64,000 nt of DNA, taken from contig CAISTG010000036.1 of NCBI GenBank assembly GCA_903888345.1, positions 1,988 through 65,987 on the forward strand. The letters are read 5' to 3'. The notes under the pieces were generated by a model, which searched no databases, had not been told where the DNA came from, and saw only the letters and a program-made list of their open reading frames with translations. Position numbers and translations under genes: made by a program. Below are positions 1 through 10,385 of this stretch, one piece after another. The stretch is from Candidatus Buchananbacteria bacterium (GTDB lineage: Bacteria; Patescibacteriota; Patescibacteriia; 2-01-FULL-39-33). Numbering within the stretch: the first letter of the stretch is position 1; the number at the start of each line of letters is the position of its first letter.

Positions 1-339
1 CGTAGTGATTGATTGAGTTCTCGATTGACCTGTTGATTAGCTGTTGCGGCAACTCCACGACCAACTAGTCCGCCCAAAGTTTTTCCGATAGTTCCACCAA
101 TTTTACCCAAAGTGGAACCGCCATAATTGTCGAGGCGCTCACCCTTGGCATTAAAGATGTTTTTTCCGTTTCTAATTGAGGTGCGTCTAATTAATTCTTC
201 TCGATATTGCTTATCATTTAAGCTTTTTTTGGCGCGAGCTAAATTTATTTCTGCTTCCATCGATGGCTCATCAGGAATTGGTGGTGGCTCAATGGTCGCA
301 CTACTGGAGTCGAGTTTTTCTGACGGATTTTGAACCATA
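1..339 (-). CDS. 5' part of a Gly-rich hypothetical protein that runs off the left edge of the window. The ATG is near 337-339 and the N-terminus reads MVQNPSEKLDSS...GGSTLGKIGGTIGKTLGGLVGRG.
   Basis: Open minus-strand frame with no stop from about 339 to position 1. The + strand ORF 127..333 overlaps it antisense and is probably spurious. No homology recognised. Confidence 0.4.
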
Positions 340-461
340 AAAATAATAACCTTAACAGTTAAAGTTCAACTAATTTACTTGCCGTCGTCATTATTAAATA
401 TTGACACCAGTAGAGTTAAATTAGCACCTGGATTCCCGCCTGCGCGGGAATGACAGGAACT

Positions 462-2954
462 TTAAGATAAGGTTATTATACCATTTTTTGACTTCACGAG
501 TAAAGTCTTTTTGGATTTTAGTTTATTGCCGATAATAATGTCAGCTAACGCTGTTTCGACTTGGTCTCGAATGATTAGATTGATGCCTCGAGCACCTTGA
601 TTTCCCTGTCTTTGGCCTGAGTTGCTTAGGGTGGCGACAATGTGTCGGGATATTTCCGGAGCGTATTTAAGGGTAATTTGTTTTTGACGTTCGACGCGTT
701 TGGCCAGTAGTAGTAATTCCTGTTCGGTAATTTTTTCTAAGTCACTGGTACTGAGTTGTTGGTAGTAAATAATTTTGTCTAGACGATTAATGAACTCGGG
801 CTTAAAAGTCGCTTTGATTTCTTGATTTACCTTTTGCTCAATCGCGGCACTTGGCGCTCCACCAAACCCAATGTCACTTTTGCCATTCCAATACTGGCTA
901 CCAATATTGGAGGTCATGATGACAATAGTGTTTTTGAAATCAATTTTATTGCCGGCAGCGTCAGTTAAATAGCCTTCGTCTAAAATTTGTAATAGTAAGT
1001 CAAAGATTTCGGGATTGGCTTTTTCGATTTCATCAAATAATACCAAGGAATGCGGTTGATGCTTAATTTTTTCGGTTAATTGTCCACTTTCTTTGTAGCC
1101 GACATAGCCTGCCGGTGAGCCGATTAATTTAGAGACATTGAACTTTTCGCCGAACTCGGACATATCAATGCGGACTAGATTTTTTTCCGAACCAAAGAAT
1201 TCTTTAGCGAGAATTTTGGCGGTGTGAGTTTTGCCAACTCCTGATGGACCAACCAACAAAAAGGAGGCCAAAGGACGGTGGTCAGGAGTTAAGCCAGCCT
1301 TAGCACGCTTGAGGTAGTTATTGATGGTTGCCAGTGCTGTTCCTTGACCGATAATTTGGGTTTGCAGATTTTTACCGAGACGACTAATTGATTTAACTTC
1401 CGGCTTAATGAGGTCAGTAGCGGGGATTCCGGTGGCCTTAGTAATCACCTTGGCAATCTGTAAAGGAGTCACTTGTGGCAATTTCGCTTTGAGTTGCTCG
1501 TTGGTTTTGTTTTTTAGGTTAGTTGTTTTGTGGCGTAATTGTTCGAGTTGATTTTTTAGAGTAAGTGCCTCAGTAAATTTTTCTTCGGTGATTAATTGAC
1601 CCAAATTTTGATTTAGTTCCTCTAGATCCTTGACTAATTCTTTGATTTTGAGTTCATTTTTTGAAAGTGGGCGATTGACTTTTAGTCCGGCGGCAGCCTC
1701 ATCGATTAAGTCGATGGCTTTGTCGGGTAGAAATTTATCGTTAATATACTTTTGACTCAACTCGACGGCGGTATTAATTGTTGCTTCACTGATCCCAACC
1801 TGGTGAAAAGTTTCGAAATATTCTTTGATACCTAACAAGATTTTTTTGGCCTCAGTTGCTGTTGGTTCAGGAACGCGGACAGTTTGAAAACGGCGAGCTA
1901 AAGCGGGGTCATTTTCGATTGATTTGCGGTAATCACCAAAAGTTGTGGCACCAATAATCTTAATTTCACCCCGAGCTAAGGCCGGTTTGAGAATATTAGC
2001 GGCATCAAGCGAGCCAGAAGAAGATCCAGCGCCGACGATTTGATGAATTTCGTCAATAAAGAGAATAACATTTTTGCGTTCTTCAACTTCACTGATAATT
2101 TCACGAATGCGTGATTCAAATTCACCGCGAAAAGAAGTGCCCGCTACCATCGAAGCGAGATCAAGCGAGTAGATCTTTTTGTTTAGTAATAATTCCGGTA
2201 CGTCGCCCAGTGTTATTTTTTTGGCTAAGCCTTCAATGATGGCGGTCTTTCCGACACCTGGGTCACCCAATAAGAGTGGGTTATTTTTGGTGCGGCGACA
2301 AAGAATTTCGATAATGCGATTTATTTCTTGATCGCGACCAATCACTGGGTCGATATTTTTTTGAATGGTTGAATCGGTTAAATGTCGGCCAAAGTAGTTA
2401 AGGATACTATTGGTCTCGAGGTCGGAATAATCGTCAAGTTGATCGTCCGAATTCTCTTGATCTTTAAAGGCATCAATGATCTCGGGAAATTTCGTAGATG
2501 TTTTCAGGATAATCTCCGCTTGTTTGGCGAGTTCAGTAACTGCTAGGTTGTTGGTCGCCAAGATTTTATTAATAATGACGTCGTTACTATTAATTAAGGC
2601 GAAGACTAGATGTTCGGTACCGATATACTGGTGTTTGTGTTGGTAGGCGGTTTTTGCGGCCTGTTCAATTGTTTTTTTGCTGGCAGGGGAGAATTCAGCT
2701 GGCGGTTGCTGGTCACTTAAATTGATATTTTGTCCGGTTTCGATTAAGCTGGCCAAGTCTTCTTGGTTGAGTTTAAGTGTTGTTAAAAATTGTCCACCAA
2801 TGCTGCCACGCTGTTTGAGTAAAGCATAAAACAGATGTGCCGGAGTTGCCTGAAGATGACCAAAGTCTTTGGCGATTAGTAGACTATTGGTGAGGCAGTC
2901 TTTAAAGTGTTGAGAAAATTTTTTAAAAATTTGTTGTTGGTCAGTTTCGTTCAT
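462..2954 (-). CDS. clpC: ATP-dependent Clp protease ATP-binding subunit. ClpC-type class I AAA+ chaperone with two nucleotide-binding domains and a short middle domain.
   Basis: Clp N-domain repeats at the N-terminus. First Walker A is GDPGVGKT and second Walker A is GPSGVGKT, with Walker B and sensor motifs present. Length of about 830 aa fits ClpC rather than ClpB. The ORF-track start at 2960 is a TTG, and the first ATG is at 2954 (MNETDQQ). Confidence 0.85.
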   Translation of the reverse strand: MNETDQQQIFKKFSQHFKDCLTNSLLIAKDFGHLQATPAHLFYALLKQRGSIGGQFLTTLKLNQEDLASLIETGQNINLSDQQPPAEFSPASKKTIEQAAKTAYQHKHQYIGTEHLVFALINSNDVIINKILATNNLAVTELAKQAEIILKTSTKFPEIIDAFKDQENSDDQLDDYSDLETNSILNYFGRHLTDSTIQKNIDPVIGRDQEINRIIEILCRRTKNNPLLLGDPGVGKTAIIEGLAKKITLGDVPELLLNKKIYSLDLASMVAGTSFRGEFESRIREIISEVEERKNVILFIDEIHQIVGAGSSSGSLDAANILKPALARGEIKIIGATTFGDYRKSIENDPALARRFQTVRVPEPTATEAKKILLGIKEYFETFHQVGISEATINTAVELSQKYINDKFLPDKAIDLIDEAAAGLKVNRPLSKNELKIKELVKDLEELNQNLGQLITEEKFTEALTLKNQLEQLRHKTTNLKNKTNEQLKAKLPQVTPLQIAKVITKATGIPATDLIKPEVKSISRLGKNLQTQIIGQGTALATINNYLKRAKAGLTPDHRPLASFLLVGPSGVGKTHTAKILAKEFFGSEKNLVRIDMSEFGEKFNVSKLIGSPAGYVGYKESGQLTEKIKHQPHSLVLFDEIEKANPEIFDLLLQILDEGYLTDAAGNKIDFKNTIVIMTSNIGSQYWNGKSDIGFGGAPSAAIEQKVNQEIKATFKPEFINRLDKIIYYQQLSTSDLEKITEQELLLLAKRVERQKQITLKYAPEISRHIVATLSNSGQRQGNQGARGINLIIRDQVETALADIIIGNKLKSKKTLLVKSKNGIITLS

Positions 2955-3090
2955 AGACAAGATTACTTTGTTGTTTGGAGTAATTTCTGTTATAATAAAA
3001 GTATATATTACTGCTGTGGATAAGTCAATTTGTAAATTTATTTGTTAAAAATATAATTTTATTAACAATTTAGGGTTGAGGGACAAATTT

Positions 3091-6000
3091 ATGCTCTTAA
3101 AATTTAAATCCGGTAGCTTGATCACGTTAAGTCTGGTCGTTTTAGTTGTTTTTTTAATATTAATAAACGGCGCCAAAGCCTGGACGGGGCCAAATAACGA
3201 TCCACCATTAGGTAATGTGGCGGCGCCATTGAGCGTTAATTGCGGTGCCGGTGAAGATCTGTTTTTAGTTTGGGATGGTACTAAATTTGTTTGTAATAAT
3301 GTTTCAACGACCGTCAACTTGATTCAAAATTATTATCAATCGCAGAACATCAATCCATTGAGTGGTGATTTATTGCAGACTTTGGGTAATGGGTCTGATG
3401 CTAGCGCTTTTGATGATGGAGTGATTATTGGTACAACGGCTAAATCCTGGCTAAATGTTGGAGGGGCTTTAACTGCTGGCTGGTTACATGCTAATAGCTC
3501 GGTTGGTACTAGTAGTATCGCTGGAAACCTTAGTGTTGACGGAGCTACTAAGTTAAACACTGTGGCCGCTAGTAGCCTGATGATTGGCGATGCTGACGCT
3601 AATTGGCAGGGGTGGATCATGAATTTAGACGGGGCAAAAATTCCCGTTTGGCAGGGACAATCTAACTTTAATACTGACTTTCCCCGAGGAGCACTGAGTA
3701 ATGGTGCTTACATTTTGGCTAATCAAAATAGTAATTGGGCTAATTTGACTTTCGTTTCTCTTAATAATCTGGGGCAGCAATATGAGGTAGCTTATGACGG
3801 TTCCGTCAATACGCTGTATTTCAGTGGCGAAAGCTTAGTGGTGTCTGAAGGAAGTTTTGTTGCTGGCCAAGCTGAATTTCGTGATAATGTCACTTTAAGT
3901 GGTGGTACTAATGGTAAAATTCAACAATTAAATCTTGGTGGTGGCGGGGAGTATCTTTATTCTGATCGTGATGTAAACAGCTCAAATAAATGGTCAATTA
4001 ATTTAGCTACTGCTGGTGTTGATCGTTTAACGATTAATGAGGGGGGTAATGTTGGTATCGGCACTAATCTACCAACGGCTAGATTAGAGGTGGCTGGTCA
4101 AATAAAAATCACTGGTGGTAATCCTGGCGCCAATAAAGTTCTTACTTCAGATGCTGATGGTTTAGCGTCGTGGAAAGAATGGTTGGTGGGTCAAGGTGGT
4201 AATTTAACACTGGGCACCTCAACCTTGCTTGATGTCTTAAAGAGTGGTGCTGACGCTTCGGCGTTTAGTCAGGCAGTCAACATCGGAGATGTTAGCCATC
4301 CAGCCAATTTTTATGTTAATGGTGGAGAAATTAAGGCGAAATACTTACATGCGACCGATGCGATTGGTGTTAGCAGTTTTGCTGGTAAGGTTGGCGTCGG
4401 CACCATTAATCCTAATAACACTATTGAAGTGGTGGATTTAATTAATTTTGATAATACCAACAGAAATACCAAATTAGGTTATCAAGCAGGGAAGAATATG
4501 ATTGCGGTAGGCGAAAACAATACAATGGTCGGCTATCAAGCGGGCTATTCGAGCGTTTCTGGCTTGAGCAGTTTAGCCAAAAATAATACCGTTATTGGTT
4601 ATCAGGCGTTGTATTCCAATACCACTGGCTATGATAATGCGGCCACTGGCTATCAAGCACTTTATTTAAATACGGATGGTTTCTTCGATACGGCCACCGG
4701 TTATCAGGCTTTGTATTCTAATGTTCATGGAACCTACAATACTGGCGTCGGTAATCAGGCTCTATACTCCAATCGTTACAGTCATTATAATACCGCCTTG
4801 GGAAATCAAGCACTTTATACGACAACTGGTGAGAGAAATGTGGCAATAGGTTATAGTGCCGGTAAATACGAAACTGGCGGTAATAGTTTTTATGTTGATG
4901 ATCGTGATCGCAGTAATACGTCCGGTGATAAGGCCGGTGCTTTGCTCTATGGTACCTTTGCTGATGATGCAGCGAGCCAGGCTTTGGTTGTTAATGCGAA
5001 ATTAACCGTTAACGGAACTATTAAAATTATTGATGGCAATCAAGGTAGTAATAAAGTCTTGACTTCTGATGCTAATGGTCTAGCTTCCTGGCAGAATCCG
5101 GCGACGATTACTTATGCCACCCCGACTTTAGCGCAAATTTTAGCTAAAGGGGCTGACGCGAGCAGTGTTACCTCAACTGTTTCCTTGGGTGGAAATTTAA
5201 GCACCAAAGGTGTGGCAGCTACTGGTGTTGTAGTGACTGGTGGACTGACCACAACCGGCAATATCGGTGTGGGTACCGCCAATCCAGCTTATAATTTAGA
5301 CGTTAATGGTAATCTAAATGTTGCTGCTGGTAAGGCCTATAAGTATAATGGTGCCAATGTTATTTTGGCGGATACCGCTAAGGTTAATTATTTTTTTGCT
5401 GGAGCGGGTAATGCGACCATGACTGGTACTGGCAATCTTGGTAGTGGCGGCAATGCGCTTTTTAGTAATACTGATGGAACCAATAATACAGCCTATGGTT
5501 TAAGCACTTTAGTGGCAAATTCCTCTGGCGCTGATAATACCGCCATTGGCAAGTTAGCCTTATATAACAATCTTGATGGAAATGATAATACCGCCATTGG
5601 TTCGTCAGCGTTGTCTGCTAATACGAGCGGCAAGGAAAATACGGCTTTGGGTAGTGACACTTTAGTTGCGAACACTTCCGGCAGTTACAATATTGCTCTT
5701 GGTTCGCTGGCACTGCAATTTTATACAGGAAATTATAATATCGCTATCGGCTATAAAGCGGCAATTCAGGCCGATGGTTTAACTAATGCCATCGCTATTG
5801 GTAAGAATGCTCGCGTTGATACTTCAAACTCGATGGTTTTAGGTGGTATTGGCAATGACAAAGTTAATGTCGGCATTGGTGTTACTAATCCTACCCAACG
5901 GTTAGTTGTGGACGGAGCGATTAAGTTAGTTGCTACTAGTACCGCTACTGACTCGCAAGGCAATAAGTATTGTAGCGCTGCTAAAGCCGGTTCGATTGTT

Positions 6001-6108
6001 TATGAAGATGTTGATCCGGGATCAGTAGGAACGGCCGCCCATTTTTGGGGTTGTACGCGAACCGGGACGAATACCTATCAATGGGTTAGGTTAGATTTTG
6101 TCAATTAA
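3091..6108 (+). CDS. Giant secreted or surface repeat protein, about 1005 aa, and a candidate pilus-associated adhesin. The N-terminus MLLKFKSG-SLITLSLVVLVVFLIL resembles a class III (prepilin-like) signal but lacks Glu5. The body carries beta-strand repeats of the form xVGIGTxxP...KVLTSDAxGLASW (tail-fibre-like) and many NTAxGxQALYSNTxG repeats resembling Hep_Hag/YadA heads.
   Basis: Short basic leader ending in Gly, followed by a roughly 20-residue hydrophobic segment that closely resembles the minor pilin at 18127 (KGQSLIELIVAVAV). Internal repeats are visible in the ORF translation. The gene sits directly upstream of pilM. The ORF-track start at 3076 is a TTG, and the first ATG is at 3091. 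Confidence 0.55.
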   Translation: MLLKFKSGSLITLSLVVLVVFLILINGAKAWTGPNNDPPLGNVAAPLSVNCGAGEDLFLVWDGTKFVCNNVSTTVNLIQNYYQSQNINPLSGDLLQTLGNGSDASAFDDGVIIGTTAKSWLNVGGALTAGWLHANSSVGTSSIAGNLSVDGATKLNTVAASSLMIGDADANWQGWIMNLDGAKIPVWQGQSNFNTDFPRGALSNGAYILANQNSNWANLTFVSLNNLGQQYEVAYDGSVNTLYFSGESLVVSEGSFVAGQAEFRDNVTLSGGTNGKIQQLNLGGGGEYLYSDRDVNSSNKWSINLATAGVDRLTINEGGNVGIGTNLPTARLEVAGQIKITGGNPGANKVLTSDADGLASWKEWLVGQGGNLTLGTSTLLDVLKSGADASAFSQAVNIGDVSHPANFYVNGGEIKAKYLHATDAIGVSSFAGKVGVGTINPNNTIEVVDLINFDNTNRNTKLGYQAGKNMIAVGENNTMVGYQAGYSSVSGLSSLAKNNTVIGYQALYSNTTGYDNAATGYQALYLNTDGFFDTATGYQALYSNVHGTYNTGVGNQALYSNRYSHYNTALGNQALYTTTGERNVAIGYSAGKYETGGNSFYVDDRDRSNTSGDKAGALLYGTFADDAASQALVVNAKLTVNGTIKIIDGNQGSNKVLTSDANGLASWQNPATITYATPTLAQILAKGADASSVTSTVSLGGNLSTKGVAATGVVVTGGLTTTGNIGVGTANPAYNLDVNGNLNVAAGKAYKYNGANVILADTAKVNYFFAGAGNATMTGTGNLGSGGNALFSNTDGTNNTAYGLSTLVANSSGADNTAIGKLALYNNLDGNDNTAIGSSALSANTSGKENTALGSDTLVANTSGSYNIALGSLALQFYTGNYNIAIGYKAAIQADGLTNAIAIGKNARVDTSNSMVLGGIGNDKVNVGIGVTNPTQRLVVDGAIKLVATSTATDSQGNKYCSAAKAGSIVYEDVDPGSVGTAAHFWGCTRTGTNTYQWVRLDFVN

Positions 6109-6113
6109 TAAAA

Positions 6114-7841
6114 ATGCGAAATAAATTTTTTAAAATTTCTTACGCCTTAACGATAATCGCTTTATTGCTGGTTGTCGGTGGTTTGGCAATTAATTTTTAT
6201 CAGGCTCAAGCTGAGGATGTAACTTATAGCTTGGGTGGTTGGATGTGGAGTGATAATTACGGTTGGGTATCTTTAAATAGTAGTAATAGTGGTTTGGTTA
6301 ATTATACTGGGAAGAGTTATCGAGTTGATGTTGCTAGCAATAATCAGTTATCTGGTTGGGGTTGGTCGTCAAATATCGGTTGGGTGTGTTTTGGCTTGAC
6401 TTGTGATCAAGAAAATATCTGTAACGGCCAAGAAACTTGTAATCCTAGTGATTTTGGGACGGCAGCGCCGCCAACTGGCGCCTGGCAAGCAACCATTACT
6501 GATGGCAAACTTGATGGCTGGGCGAAGATTTTGTCACTTAAGGATGAAGGCCTGTTGCATTTAGGCATCGCCGCGAGCAATTATTCTGGTCAAGCCGGAA
6601 TTGATTGTTATGATTGTACCTATAATACCTCAACTACTCCTTTACCAACTGGTGGCTGTCGTACTTGTTTTACCGACACGAAGTATAATAATGAAAACCT
6701 TCCTAATCAAGCAGTAGAATCAGTGGTTGGTGGTAGCGGTAAGATTTGCTCGGCTTGCACTGATTGTAATTTGAGTGGCATTGATAGTAAAATCGCTTGC
6801 CAAACTTGTCAAAGTTGCAAAGCTTATGGCGGCGTTGTTGATGGTTCTAATGGCGCTGTCCTGGGTTGGGGCTGGAATGGCAATCAGGCACCTAATAGTG
6901 AGGTTGGTGCTGGTTGGGTACAGTTTAATCCACTTAACGGAGAATCTGGCATTGTCTATCCTTGGCTACAAACGGTTTATGGAACGGTTTTTAGTCAGAA
7001 TTCGATCAGACAAAAGGCGGCCCTTAAAATGACTAACGCCACCTATTGTATTTTGGCTCAGGGTATTTATAATTTCAAATCCGGCAGTAATTGTAGCGCT
7101 AATGTTAACTTGCAATTTCCGACCTCGACTAGCAATGGCGATGTCGCCTACAAGAACGCTTTAGGGCGCTTGGATGTGGTCGGTTTAACTTTTGAAGTCA
7201 GAAAAACCAAAGATATTAGTTATAATAAGTATGGCAATAAAATTATTACCTTACCTGGTGGCACGGTGGTCGCGACTCCGGTATTGTTAGATAATTCAGT
7301 TTATGTTTATAACGGCGATCTCACTGTTAATTCTGGCTTTTCAATTTTAAATGGCACCAAAGAAAATGAGCGCGGCAACGGTGTTATTATTGTTAATGGT
7401 GATTTACATTTAGCAGCTGACTTTGATTATGAAGCAGATAATTTCGATAATAGTAATTTAAAAAAGCTAGCTTCAGTGGCCTGGATCGTTAAGGGCGACG
7501 TGATCGTTGATCCGGCAGTTAGTAAGGTAGTGGGTGCTTTTGTTGTCTTGGGTGATGGGAGTCCTTGCCTGGAGTCTAGTGGTGCTGCTTGTTCGACTAA
7601 CAATAACTATCCAATTTATCGAGAAAACGGCTATGGCTTATTTGTTTCTGGTAATTCTGCTAATCCTTTGGTTGTTTCCGGCTTAATTGTGGCGAAAGCT
7701 TTTTCTTTTCAGCGCACTTATGCCGATATCAATCAGGGTGCAGAAAAAATCATTTATGACGGACGGCTTATCGCTAATCCGCCGCCCGGTTTAACTGGTT
7801 TTACTGAAAGTTTACCAATTATTAGAGATTTTGAATTTTAA
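6114..7841 (+). CDS. Secreted, membrane-anchored Cys-rich protein of 575 aa with three GWxWSxNxGWVxF repeats. Function unknown, possibly a pilus or surface co-factor.
   Basis: N-terminal MRNKFFK leader plus a transmembrane helix, similar to the preceding gene's leader. Repeats read GGWMWSDNYGWVSLN, SGWGWSSNIGWVCFG and LGWGWNGNQ...GWVQFN. More than 20 cysteines lie in CxxC-like clusters. Confidence 0.5.
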   Translation: MRNKFFKISYALTIIALLLVVGGLAINFYQAQAEDVTYSLGGWMWSDNYGWVSLNSSNSGLVNYTGKSYRVDVASNNQLSGWGWSSNIGWVCFGLTCDQENICNGQETCNPSDFGTAAPPTGAWQATITDGKLDGWAKILSLKDEGLLHLGIAASNYSGQAGIDCYDCTYNTSTTPLPTGGCRTCFTDTKYNNENLPNQAVESVVGGSGKICSACTDCNLSGIDSKIACQTCQSCKAYGGVVDGSNGAVLGWGWNGNQAPNSEVGAGWVQFNPLNGESGIVYPWLQTVYGTVFSQNSIRQKAALKMTNATYCILAQGIYNFKSGSNCSANVNLQFPTSTSNGDVAYKNALGRLDVVGLTFEVRKTKDISYNKYGNKIITLPGGTVVATPVLLDNSVYVYNGDLTVNSGFSILNGTKENERGNGVIIVNGDLHLAADFDYEADNFDNSNLKKLASVAWIVKGDVIVDPAVSKVVGAFVVLGDGSPCLESSGAACSTNNNYPIYRENGYGLFVSGNSANPLVVSGLIVAKAFSFQRTYADINQGAEKIIYDGRLIANPPPGLTGFTESLPIIRDFEF

Positions 7842-7855
7842 TATTTATATATTTT

Positions 7856-8977
7856 ATGTTTGGCTCAAACAATTATAGTTATCTGGGAATTGACCTCGGA
7901 TCATCATCAATCAAAGTTGTCGAGTTAATGAACGTCAAAGGACGTCCACGCTTAATGACTTATGGTTTTACTGAAAAGAATATATCAAATATTGGCGATA
8001 CCGGATTAATTAGTGACGTTAATGAAGCTGCCTTGATTTTGCAAGATATTCTCAAAAAATCAAAAACAACCTCGACTAAAGTGGTGGCTGCTTTGCCAAA
8101 TTATTCAGTTTTTACTTCAATCTTAACTTTGCCCGCCTTAAATAAGAAAGAACTCGCGGCCGCTATCAGCTGGGAGGCCAAAAAAATTATTCCTTTGCCG
8201 TTAGAAGAAATAATTTTAGATTGGAAGATTATTGAAGAATTCGAAACTGGGGGAGCGCGGGGGCAGGATTCGCCATTGCTTGATAAAAGCGTAATGCAGG
8301 ACACTAACCCCTTAAAAAAGATTTTTTCTAAGCCACAAAAAAGCGTTAAAATTCTGTTGACGGGAGCGAGCAAAAGCTTGATCAAAAAGTATGTTGATAT
8401 TTTTGCTAAAGCCAATTTAAATTTATTGAGTTTGGAAACTGAAAGTTTTGCTTTGATTCGCTCATTATTGGGCTCAGATAAATCAACTATTATGTTGATT
8501 GATATGGGTGCTTCGACTTCAAGCGTGACGATTGTTAAGGGTGGGATTCCGGTCTTAACGCGATCATTGGAGTTGGGCGGGCAATCAATCACCAAGGCAG
8601 TTTCTTCGGCTTTGAATGTCACCATGGAAAGAGCCGAACAGTTCAAGCAGGATTTAGCGTTAGACGCAGAAACCTCGGAGAATTCATTGCCGAAAACCGT
8701 CGAGCAGTCATTTGCTCCTATTCTTAATGAAATCAAGTATACTTTTAATTTATATAATGAGGGCAATACGGCCAAAATTGAAAAAATTGTTTTGACTGGT
8801 GGCACGGCTTTAATGGGGCATTTGACTGGTTATTTAGCTAATTACTTTAATATTAATGTCTATATTGGTGATCCCTTTAGCCGGGTAATCTTTCCGACTG
8901 ATTTGAAGCCGGTTCTGGATCGAGTTGGCGCCCGTTTCGCTGTTTCTGTCGGTTTAGCGATGCGTGAAATCGAATAA
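7856..8977 (+). CDS. pilM: Type IV pilus assembly protein PilM, an actin-like ATPase.
   Basis: N-terminus LGIDLGSSSIKVVEL is the canonical PilM/FtsA-like phosphate-1 motif. Length 373 aa. It sits immediately upstream of the pilN-like gene. Confidence 0.85.
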   Translation: MFGSNNYSYLGIDLGSSSIKVVELMNVKGRPRLMTYGFTEKNISNIGDTGLISDVNEAALILQDILKKSKTTSTKVVAALPNYSVFTSILTLPALNKKELAAAISWEAKKIIPLPLEEIILDWKIIEEFETGGARGQDSPLLDKSVMQDTNPLKKIFSKPQKSVKILLTGASKSLIKKYVDIFAKANLNLLSLETESFALIRSLLGSDKSTIMLIDMGASTSSVTIVKGGIPVLTRSLELGGQSITKAVSSALNVTMERAEQFKQDLALDAETSENSLPKTVEQSFAPILNEIKYTFNLYNEGNTAKIEKIVLTGGTALMGHLTGYLANYFNINVYIGDPFSRVIFPTDLKPVLDRVGARFAVSVGLAMREIE

Positions 8978-8981
8978 TTTT

Positions 8982-10376
8982 ATGGATCCAAATTTACTGC
9001 CGCAAGGTTTGCGCGACAAAGAAGAGCAGGAATTAAAGAGGCAGCAAAGGCAGCCTCGTGGTTTTAAAATTGAATTAAATGAACCGACAGATAAGAAAAG
9101 TGCCGCCGCCGTAACCAAATCTGATCGGTCCGGAGCTAGTTGGTGGCAAAATATCTTGGGGATCGCCCCAGTTCCTGTTCTTGGCGATCAGAGCTTAACT
9201 AATCCAACAATTGATAAGACTAGTGTTAGCGACTTGGATTGGCTGACCAATAGTCATCAGAAGAAAGCACCGAAGCATCATCCAAAAACCAGCGCAAAGG
9301 TTACTAGACATAAACGAACTAAAGTAAAAAAACCGGCAAAGACTGGTTGGGTGGGACGACTTTTGGGTCAGCCACTGTCGCCAATCTTACCGATTGCTGC
9401 GGTTAATGATGATAGCTTCGAATCACTAGCCAAAACAGCTCCAGTGCCAGAAACTATTAAGGTCGCAGCTATGGCGGACCAGTCATCGACCATTAAGCCG
9501 GAGCCGAAATCTCAGCCACAGCGTACAGTATTAATTGAAACAAAACGGCCTCAACCTTCAGCTAGTGTCTCGGTTGGTTGGTGGTCAATTATTAAGGGTT
9601 TATTTGGCTGGTCTCACGTCGTTAAGCCTGATTTACAGTTTGCTATCACTAAAACTATTCCAGCACCTTCAGTGCCCGCCGCTAAGCCGACGGCGCACGC
9701 AACTAAGTCGCACTCGGGGCAAGAGACTAAAAAGCCTACTGAAGCAGTGAAATCGACAGTGAAGCCAATATATAATTTGGTGCCGAAACGCGAGCGTGGT
9801 GCCATTAATGTCAATTTGATGCCGCAAGAGCTCAAAGCGGATAGCAAATTATTAGTTACGCTGAAGTTTAATTGGTGGCTGTTTGCTATCATTTTACCGT
9901 TAGTTTTAGTAACTGGCGCGGCTGTAACTTTGCATTATTTGTCGCAAAACCTAGTTACCAGACTGAGTGCTAATGAACGCCAATTAACTGAACTAAATCA
10001 ACAAATTGGTGATTTTGTAATTGAAGAGCAAGCTAATAACCATACGGCACAAAAAATAACGATAGTTAAACGATTAATGGATAACAAAATTGTTTGGAAT
10101 AAGTTTTTTGCTTTGCTGGAAAAATATACTTTGGATGGCGTTTACTTCGATAGTTTAGTCGCCGATACTTCGGGAGAATTAGTGTTGCCGGGAGTTGCCG
10201 AAAATTACACTGTTTTGGCGCAGCAGATCGCTGTTTTTCGTGATGCTAGTGATTTCGTTAAAGAAGTTAAGATTTCTAGCGCGCAGCTGTACTCTGATGT
10301 CAAGGCCGGAGTGCTGGGCACTAGCTTCCAGGTGCGCTTAACGTTACAAGACAACATTTTTAAGCAAGCTAAATAA
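8982..10376 (+). CDS. pilN: PilN-like inner-membrane pilus alignment protein with an unusual N-terminal disordered extension of about 275 aa rich in K, P and T. It carries two INLLP-type PilM-binding motifs. Residues about 280-464 form a canonical PilN (motif, transmembrane helix, coiled coil, periplasmic domain).
   Basis: MDPNLLPQGLR lies at the extreme N-terminus (ATG 8982; the ORF-track start 8964 is a GTG overlapping the pilM stop). The second motif AINVNLMPQELK at about 9801-9836 is followed by the transmembrane helix WWLFAIILPLVLVTGAAVTL and a coiled coil. Confidence 0.7.
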   Translation: MDPNLLPQGLRDKEEQELKRQQRQPRGFKIELNEPTDKKSAAAVTKSDRSGASWWQNILGIAPVPVLGDQSLTNPTIDKTSVSDLDWLTNSHQKKAPKHHPKTSAKVTRHKRTKVKKPAKTGWVGRLLGQPLSPILPIAAVNDDSFESLAKTAPVPETIKVAAMADQSSTIKPEPKSQPQRTVLIETKRPQPSASVSVGWWSIIKGLFGWSHVVKPDLQFAITKTIPAPSVPAAKPTAHATKSHSGQETKKPTEAVKSTVKPIYNLVPKRERGAINVNLMPQELKADSKLLVTLKFNWWLFAIILPLVLVTGAAVTLHYLSQNLVTRLSANERQLTELNQQIGDFVIEEQANNHTAQKITIVKRLMDNKIVWNKFFALLEKYTLDGVYFDSLVADTSGELVLPGVAENYTVLAQQIAVFRDASDFVKEVKISSAQLYSDVKAGVLGTSFQVRLTLQDNIFKQAK

Positions 10377-10385
10377 TTATTAATT

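Noticed and set aside
127-333. + strand ORF of 68 aa at the window start.
   Set aside because: It lies antisense to a longer uninterrupted minus-strand frame that continues off the left edge. It has no start context and is most likely spurious.
3045-5963. Short minus-strand ORFs (3045..3317, 3336..3620, 5493..5675, 5766..5963) and the + ORF 4244..4441.
   Set aside because: All lie inside the 1005-aa repeat-protein gene and are antisense or out of frame, as expected by chance in a long repeat-rich gene.
8101-8805. 234-aa minus-strand ORF inside pilM.
   Set aside because: It is entirely antisense to a well-supported PilM coding sequence with canonical actin-fold motifs, so it is an artefact.
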